This document shows positions 58,422 through 64,000 of a stretch of DNA of 64,000 nt, in pieces. Both the position numbers and the translations under genes were made by a program. Every line of letters begins with the position of its first letter. The first letter of the stretch is position 1. The stretch comes from a virus. Where the stretch lies: IMG/VR virus record IMGVR_UViG_3300025684_000011, one strand, 5' to 3'. The notes under the pieces were generated by a model. The model ran no database searches. It saw only the letters and a list, made by a program, of their open reading frames with translations, and was not told where the DNA came from.

Positions 58422-59338
58422 TTCTTCTGTAATGGAATATTATTGTCTATTAAAAATGCTTTTAATTTAACATTATTACGGAAAGCAAAAAGTTTTGTTT
58501 CTAAGTCTGTTCCTGCAATAGGAAACAATCCAATATTTTTAAGTCCTTGAACAAACTCTTTTCTCTTAAAAACATTGCTAATATCTTCTTTAATACTATC
58601 TAAGTTAGGCGACTTCCTTGATGCAATTAATCCAATAGGACTAACAAACGGAAACTCTTCCTTATACACATCTTGCCATGTAGGAATGTCTAATCCTAGA
58701 TCTTGACTTGACATAATGCTTGTAATATTAGCATCTAAATGATTTTTCACAGTTGGATAGTTTGCAAACATGCAATCAATATTACCTGCTAGTAAATCAC
58801 TCAAAGCAGTAGTTCCTCCTTTGGCATAAGGAATAACCTTACTTTCAATTTTTAACTTTTTAATTAGTACTTCTGTAGCCAAATGTTCACTACTTCCGTA
58901 ACCCGCGGCACCAAATAAAATTCTTCCCTTATCAAAGTTTTCTAAGTCTGCAACTGTTGACATTTTTCTATCATCATTACAAACTAATACATTAGGCATT
59001 GTAGCAACAACACCAACTAGTTCAAAGTCTTTAATAGGATCATATGGTAAATCTTTAAACCTAATTTCGTTAGTAACATAGATTTGTGCCATTGTGGCTG
59101 TAATAATAGCATTATTAGTTGTTAACATATGTTTGATTGCAATTTTACCTGCGGCACCTGGCCGGTTTACAACATTATATTTGTTATTAGAATCAACAAC
59201 ATTTCTTTCAATTAATCTTGTAGTTTGATCACTTGGGCCTCCAGGTCCGTGATGTACTGTAAATTCAATGTCCGCGGCGGAGGCAGTTGAAACAGCAAAT
59301 GCCATAATTGCGGCACTAATTAAAATATTTTTAATCAT
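58418..59338 (-). CDS. tctC: tripartite tricarboxylate transporter substrate-binding protein (TctC/Bug)
   Basis: Signal peptide; PGGPSD..R, VVNRPGAAG.I, YDP.KDF, G.GS..HL, IPY.KGG..A..DLLAG. Confidence 0.88.
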   Translation of the reverse strand: MIKNILISAAIMAFAVSTASAADIEFTVHHGPGGPSDQTTRLIERNVVDSNNKYNVVNRPGAAGKIAIKHMLTTNNAIITATMAQIYVTNEIRFKDLPYDPIKDFELVGVVATMPNVLVCNDDRKMSTVADLENFDKGRILFGAAGYGSSEHLATEVLIKKLKIESKVIPYAKGGTTALSDLLAGNIDCMFANYPTVKNHLDANITSIMSSQDLGLDIPTWQDVYKEEFPFVSPIGLIASRKSPNLDSIKEDISNVFKRKEFVQGLKNIGLFPIAGTDLETKLFAFRNNVKLKAFLIDNNIPLQKN

Positions 59339-59359
59339 GTATCTTTCTTCTCTTTTAGG

Positions 59360-59388
59360 TTGACTTCTGAGTCAATATGTAGTAGTAT
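59360..59388 (+). promoter_or_regulatory. sigma70-type promoter
   Basis: TTGACT-N17-TAGTAT. Confidence 0.55.
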
Positions 59389-59431
59389 ATATGTAATTTG
59401 TAACCTGAGTGTTTTCCAAGAAAGCAGAAAC

Positions 59432-59740
59432 ATGACATATGATAAAAAACTAGACGAGAAGATTGCTGACTTAAACTCTACGAGAGTTTACAAAAAGACA
59501 ACACCTCTATATACTACTGATTGGTATATTAAGTGGATAGCATCATTTGTAATACTATTAGCAGTTATGTGTCGTAGTGTTGACGAAGTTCCAAAGATAT
59601 ACGATCTTGTACTATCCTTTATAGGTTGCTCTGGTTGGTGTATGGTTGGATATATTTGGCATGATAGAGCCTTACTGGTATTGAATTCAGTACTGCTATT
59701 TGTACTAGGATCAGGGATCTTAACATACATATTTAAATAG
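59432..59740 (+). CDS. small 3-TM membrane protein
   Basis: DWYIKWIAS, W.DRALL.LN. Confidence 0.7.
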   Translation: MTYDKKLDEKIADLNSTRVYKKTTPLYTTDWYIKWIASFVILLAVMCRSVDEVPKIYDLVLSFIGCSGWCMVGYIWHDRALLVLNSVLLFVLGSGILTYIFK

Positions 59741-59775
59741 TCAATCCGGTAAATAGCTGTACGGAGGATATTTAA

Positions 59776-60207
59776 ATGGATGCAACAAAACTTGGATTTG
59801 ATTTTGCAGAACTTATAACACCTGGTTTAACAGTTTTAATCGCATTAGTGTTTACTATGTGGTTCAAAGATCTAGCAACAAAAATAGCAAAAGGTGCAAT
59901 GTTTAAAATGAACAGAGCATTTGACGAAGGCGATTCTGTTATTATTGATGGTGCTGATGCAGTTATTGTTCGTATCGGACTAACAGAAACAGTTTTTGGA
60001 ATCTACGGAGAAAAAGGTTACACTTGGAGATATGTTCCTAACGAACGTATACCTTTTTTAAAGTTAGAAAAGATTGTTAACAAAGATGTACATCTAGATA
60101 CTCCTATGGAAAAGGCTTTACAAATACAAAAACAACTTGATGAATTACAAAATCAACGTATCAGTGAAAACCAAGCAAAGATAGACGAAATCACAAAAAA
60201 GAAGTAG
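59776..60207 (+). CDS. truncated MscS-like protein (TM helix + beta domain)
   Basis: KDL...IAKG......FDEGD.V.IDG....I..IGL..T...VPN. Confidence 0.7.
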   Translation: MDATKLGFDFAELITPGLTVLIALVFTMWFKDLATKIAKGAMFKMNRAFDEGDSVIIDGADAVIVRIGLTETVFGIYGEKGYTWRYVPNERIPFLKLEKIVNKDVHLDTPMEKALQIQKQLDELQNQRISENQAKIDEITKKK

Positions 60208-60211
60208 ATAA

Positions 60212-60652
60212 ATGTCATACAGTATTACAAACCGTGATAAACGTGTCATGGATTTTCTACGGCGTTCTGCAATAGACAATGAAGGTTACGGAAATGCTAA
60301 AATTGCATCTGCAATATCTATCAAAGGAAAAATTATAAGTTTAGGACATAATTCACCTAAGACTCATCCTTTCCAATCTTTGTACGGAAAAAATGCTGAG
60401 GCAGTATATCTTCATGCAGAAACTAGTGCTATTTCTAATAGTCTTAATCATATGGGCAAGACAGAGCTAGAAAAGGCAACTATATATGTATACAGGGTTA
60501 AACGTCCTGTAGATAATGTTAAAATTTGGTCGTCTGGATTATCAAAGCCTTGCGAAGGATGTATGAGAGCAATTACTGATTTTAATATTAAAAGAATTGT
60601 TTATAGTACAGATGAGGATACCAGGTTTGAAGTATACAAAAGAACAAATTAA
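60212..60652 (+). CDS. zinc-dependent cytidine/dCMP deaminase-fold protein
   Basis: G.N, LHAE, KPCEGC, IKRIVYS. Confidence 0.85.
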   Translation: MSYSITNRDKRVMDFLRRSAIDNEGYGNAKIASAISIKGKIISLGHNSPKTHPFQSLYGKNAEAVYLHAETSAISNSLNHMGKTELEKATIYVYRVKRPVDNVKIWSSGLSKPCEGCMRAITDFNIKRIVYSTDEDTRFEVYKRTN

Positions 60653-60767
60653 CAGACTACTAAGAAATGCTAGAATTGCCTATGATACATGTAAAGGTGA
60701 TTGGGGTAAAAATTATTGGTCAAATGTTTTATATCAATTACAGAAGAAATTTAATTTGTTAAACTAG
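60627..60767 (+). CDS. 46-aa hypothetical protein (absent from ORF track)
   Basis: GAGGA then TTG; MKYTKEQINRLLRNARIAYDTCKGDWGKNYWSNVLYQLQKKFNLLN. Confidence 0.55.
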   Translation: MKYTKEQINRLLRNARIAYDTCKGDWGKNYWSNVLYQLQKKFNLLN

Positions 60768-61415
60768 GTAACCTTTTTTGTCTAAACGTTCTACAAGTTC
60801 TGTCCATGGAATTTGTGGTTCAAGTTCAACAGTAATATTAACTCTATGTTCTTGTATATCATCTAGATCTAATTTATGAGCCTTATCAACATGGTTCCAG
60901 CAAGGTCCAGGATCTTGTTCAACATGTACTGGTTCGCCCCAGTCACCATCTCCTGCCAAATAACTAAAACCTCGTTCCATCCTTTGTGTTTTACTATTCC
61001 ATTGCTCAAATTTTCTTTCTAGCATTTTAGGATCTTCTACGCCAGTTTTCCACCAACTTATTTTAGCACCAACAATTCCTTGTATTGGTACGTTTAGCCT
61101 AGCAATCATAGGTATATCAAATTTATGTGCGTCACAATGTGGTTTTGCGGCATGAGCACCTTTATAACCAATAAACAAACAAAATCTTCTAAAGCCTAAT
61201 TCTAATTCTTCTACATGATCTTTCATACGTTTACCAATAGGACTGTTATCAAATATAGCCTGATCTAAATTTGCTTTATCAAATTTTGCTCCGTACTTTT
61301 CATATAATTTATCTAGTGCTACCTGTGCATGTGGCATTAAGTCAGTTTTAGCCCATTCCAACTCTTCTTTAGTTGGTTCTAAGTGTGGCATTGGTATATG
61401 ATAATCTAAGTTCAT
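60759..61415 (-). CDS. putative 2OG-Fe(II)/cupin-fold dioxygenase
   Basis: PHCD...ARLNVPI...VDKAH......RVNITV; resembles 51566. Confidence 0.65.
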   Translation of the reverse strand: MNLDYHIPMPHLEPTKEELEWAKTDLMPHAQVALDKLYEKYGAKFDKANLDQAIFDNSPIGKRMKDHVEELELGFRRFCLFIGYKGAHAAKPHCDAHKFDIPMIARLNVPIQGIVGAKISWWKTGVEDPKMLERKFEQWNSKTQRMERGFSYLAGDGDWGEPVHVEQDPGPCWNHVDKAHKLDLDDIQEHRVNITVELEPQIPWTELVERLDKKGYLV

Positions 61416-62170
61416 TTAATGTTGTTTCCATATTTTTCAATACTACGGTCTAATAGTTCTTCGTAACCTTTCCATTCCCAACTAAGACTAATACTACACA
61501 GAATTTTACTATAGAAACTACCATCTTCTTTTTGTAGTTTATGAGCTCCATGACACCATGTATCATTGTTGTAAACAAAGGCACTACTTTCTAAACCTCT
61601 TGTTTCAACATAACAAGCTCTTTCTGTATCAAATGGAATTCTTTCTGCTCCAATACCTTGTGATCCTTTGCCTAATGGCTGTAACCAGAATGTTGGTGTA
61701 GGATTTTCGTCTTGTATCATAATTCTGAGACTATTTGGATAAGGTAACTGCTCGTTTTTATCTTTGTGTATTCCAATAGGTCGTTGGTTACTCCAAAATA
61801 ATATTTGACTTATTCCGTTTGTTGGAATGTTTGTATGAAGGTAATCAATAAACTTAGGTAGTATATTTTTACCATCTATCATTGGTTTTGTCCAACGGTC
61901 ATCTGCTCCTGGGCTATCAATAATATTAATGCCATTCCAATTTGGCATTGTATATTCATTTAGTTTTCCTGTCAGTTTATGCATACGTTCTGCTTCTTCA
62001 GGACTATCAGTATATCTCTCATCTGGTTTTAATCTAACAATAGGAGCATTATGTTCGTTCCACATTGCTTGAAAACCATCGTCCATAACAATGGGAGGAA
62101 TGTCTAAAACCACAAATGGAATTCCTTTATATTTCTCCGCAAAGTGTCTTGGATAGTTACTGTTTCTCAT
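61412..62170 (-). CDS. putative 2OG-Fe(II)/cupin-fold dioxygenase
   Basis: IHKD...LRIMI...FVYNN...CHGA...KIL; ATG 62170 lies 5 nt after TATAAATA. Confidence 0.65.
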   Translation of the reverse strand: MRNSNYPRHFAEKYKGIPFVVLDIPPIVMDDGFQAMWNEHNAPIVRLKPDERYTDSPEEAERMHKLTGKLNEYTMPNWNGINIIDSPGADDRWTKPMIDGKNILPKFIDYLHTNIPTNGISQILFWSNQRPIGIHKDKNEQLPYPNSLRIMIQDENPTPTFWLQPLGKGSQGIGAERIPFDTERACYVETRGLESSAFVYNNDTWCHGAHKLQKEDGSFYSKILCSISLSWEWKGYEELLDRSIEKYGNNIK

Positions 62171-62200
62171 ACTACTATTTATATTTAGGTAATACAAGGG

Positions 62201-62440
62201 TTGCTCAAAACTATAATTACTAGTATAAAAACATTGGGGACTACATTGGCAGAAAATAAAAAACCTAAAGCACAAAAAACAACAGAAGAAGAAATTGCAG
62301 AATTTCTAGCAAAAGGTGGAGTAATAAAAAAGATTCCAATGGGAGAAAAAGGATATACTGCCGTTAATGTTTGGGGCAGGCGTGTTAAGAAGCCAGACAC
62401 AGAAACACCTTCTAAGACTACTAAAACTAAGAAAAAGTAA
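62201..62440 (+). CDS. small basic protein with SutA-like motif
   Basis: EEIAEFLAKGGVIKKIP; start may be TTG 62246. Confidence 0.6.
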   Translation: MLKTIITSIKTLGTTLAENKKPKAQKTTEEEIAEFLAKGGVIKKIPMGEKGYTAVNVWGRRVKKPDTETPSKTTKTKKK

Positions 62441-62482
62441 TAGTACGCCTTTAACTCAATATAAAACTATTTTAAATATTAG

Positions 62483-62641
62483 ATGAAAAACATAATCTCA
62501 TTCGTAGGTGTCTTTCATATGTGTGTTGGCCTATTTTTCTATACATTTTTATGGGTAGAATATCCTCCCTTAATGTATATGATGTTAATATGGGCAATTC
62601 CTGCTTGGCTAGTTTTATTATATAATTCTGCTACTAAATAA
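62483..62641 (+). CDS. 52-aa 2-TM membrane protein (absent from ORF track)
   Basis: MKNIISFVGVFHMCVGLFFYTFLWVEYPPLMYMMLIWAIPAWLVLLYNSATK. Confidence 0.55.
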   Translation: MKNIISFVGVFHMCVGLFFYTFLWVEYPPLMYMMLIWAIPAWLVLLYNSATK

Positions 62642-62706
62642 TTGGTAAGGCAAACTTATAAAGAAATGTTAAGTAACATTATAAGAAAATTCGTAGGAGA
62701 ATACAC

Positions 62707-63072
62707 ATGGCAGAATATTGGGGTTATCATACACTCTTTGACTGTTTACACGGCGATATTGATAAAGTACGTTCTGGAGAAAATATTAAAAACTTCATAG
62801 AAGAACTAGTTGATGCTATCGGAATGAAAGCATATGGTGATCCTATAATTGAACATTTTGCAACACATGATCCAGATGCGGCAGGACATAGTTTAGTTCA
62901 ACTAATTGAAACAAGTTCTATAACAGGACATTTCGTTGATAAAAACGGAGACCTTTATATAGATGTGTTTTCCTGTATGGAATATGATGTACAAGTAGCA
63001 CAGTCTGTTGTACAAAAATATTTTTCTCCTGAAAGAATTAGAGTAAATTACTTAACTAGACAGGCTAGTTAA
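62707..63072 (+). CDS. speD: S-adenosylmethionine decarboxylase proenzyme
   Basis: WG.H...D, IETSSITGH, YIDVFSC. Confidence 0.85.
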   Translation: MAEYWGYHTLFDCLHGDIDKVRSGENIKNFIEELVDAIGMKAYGDPIIEHFATHDPDAAGHSLVQLIETSSITGHFVDKNGDLYIDVFSCMEYDVQVAQSVVQKYFSPERIRVNYLTRQAS

Positions 63073-63073
63073 T

Positions 63074-63346
63074 ATGTCAAAGAAAAAATACCCCTTCTGG
63101 GCTAGAGCAAATCATCACTTAGATCATTCTAATATGGGATATTGGTATCACCTTTGGCATTCGTTTTATAACGGAAGTAGACTTTTGATATTTGTTCTAA
63201 CCAGTTATATTCATGGTATTTTTCCTTGGTTGTTTAAGTTTCATGCCGCCCACGGAGTCATTCGTATTAATGAGGAATTAAAAAGAATGCCTCATTTAAA
63301 AAAGGCAATGGACGAGATAGCAGAAGAGTATAAAAAGAAGGATTAA
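63074..63346 (+). CDS. DUF6356-like membrane protein
   Basis: HL....MGY..H.......IHGIFPWLF. Confidence 0.65.
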   Translation: MSKKKYPFWARANHHLDHSNMGYWYHLWHSFYNGSRLLIFVLTSYIHGIFPWLFKFHAAHGVIRINEELKRMPHLKKAMDEIAEEYKKKD

Positions 63347-63349
63347 GTT

Positions 63350-64000
63350 TTGTCTTGGGGTAACCAAATTAAAGAGAAGGTCTCTTTCTTCCATATGAAT
63401 GCATGGAAAAGAAGGCCTAATGCTAATATATTTTATAGTCCAGGAGTTGACAGATGTTTTGCAGTCGACACCTTTGATCCTTATACAGCATTTGATGTTG
63501 CTAAGATATTAAGCAGTAAAATGCCAGCCATTGCGGTAATTGTATTACATTTTGAAGATAGAACAGATGTTAACAATAGTAATGTTACAGATTTTACAAT
63601 AACAGATAAACAAGTGATTGGAGGAGCCGCTGGATTATTATTCAGTAGGCAGACTCCTGTATTTAGAAAAATGCAAAAGCCAGTTTTAGAATTCTGTGAA
63701 AGTATGCCTTTAGATTATATGCCAGGCTCAAATGGATATGATACTTTTATGAAGTTCTCAGAATATACTAAATTTGTAATACGTTGTTGGCATGCAACAA
63801 AATTGTTTGATATGGTGCATAACTTTTTACCAATGGAAGAGTTTGCAAACGAATATCTTTCTGGAGAAGTACCAGACGATATGTGCTTACCAGCAGATAG
63901 TAGTAACACAACAACATCTGACTTAGGACCTAAAAATGAAATTCGTAGAATACTTTATAATGCAGATTCTATAGACGAAGCAATGTCTAAGATTGCTGAT
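63350..64000 (+). CDS. hypothetical protein, truncated by window end
   Basis: Open frame from TTG 63350 (or ATG 63395) to window end (...EIRRILYNADSIDEAMSKIAD). Confidence 0.7.
   Translation, partial: MSWGNQIKEKVSFFHMNAWKRRPNANIFYSPGVDRCFAVDTFDPYTAFDVAKILSSKMPAIAVIVLHFEDRTDVNNSNVTDFTITDKQVIGGAAGLLFSRQTPVFRKMQKPVLEFCESMPLDYMPGSNGYDTFMKFSEYTKFVIRCWHATKLFDMVHNFLPMEEFANEYLSGEVPDDMCLPADSSNTTTSDLGPKNEIRRILYNADSIDEAMSKIAD

Overview
AT-rich, gene-dense segment of a large, T4-related (jumbo-type) myovirus genome, read with the standard genetic code. The host is probably an aquatic alphaproteobacterium, inferred from the permuted alpha-type tmRNA and the TRAP, TctC and porin genes. About 1-36.5 kb is core: gp4-like head-completion nuclease, terminase large subunit, gp32 SSB, UvsX, UvsY, UvsW, primase, gp41 helicase, a 194-aa miniature DnaE-like protein, putative internal head proteins, a PD-(D/E)XK exonuclease, NrdA/NrdB and PAAR. 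About 36.5-64 kb is accessory. It carries CspA, a complete TRAP transporter plus a second DctP with no signal peptide, and a Rieske-oxygenase alpha subunit lacking its [2Fe-2S] motif. It also carries a two-piece tmRNA whose ~200-nt intervening segment is an open reading frame, tRNA-Thr, a porin, TctC, an MscS-like protein, SET, SpeD and a deaminase. The best candidate for an undescribed system is a repeated module of glutaminase-less asparagine-synthetase-like PP-loop ATPases next to an uncharacterised partner family, set among several HxD...H dioxygenase/cupin genes. All calls come from motif recognition by eye; no database searches were run.
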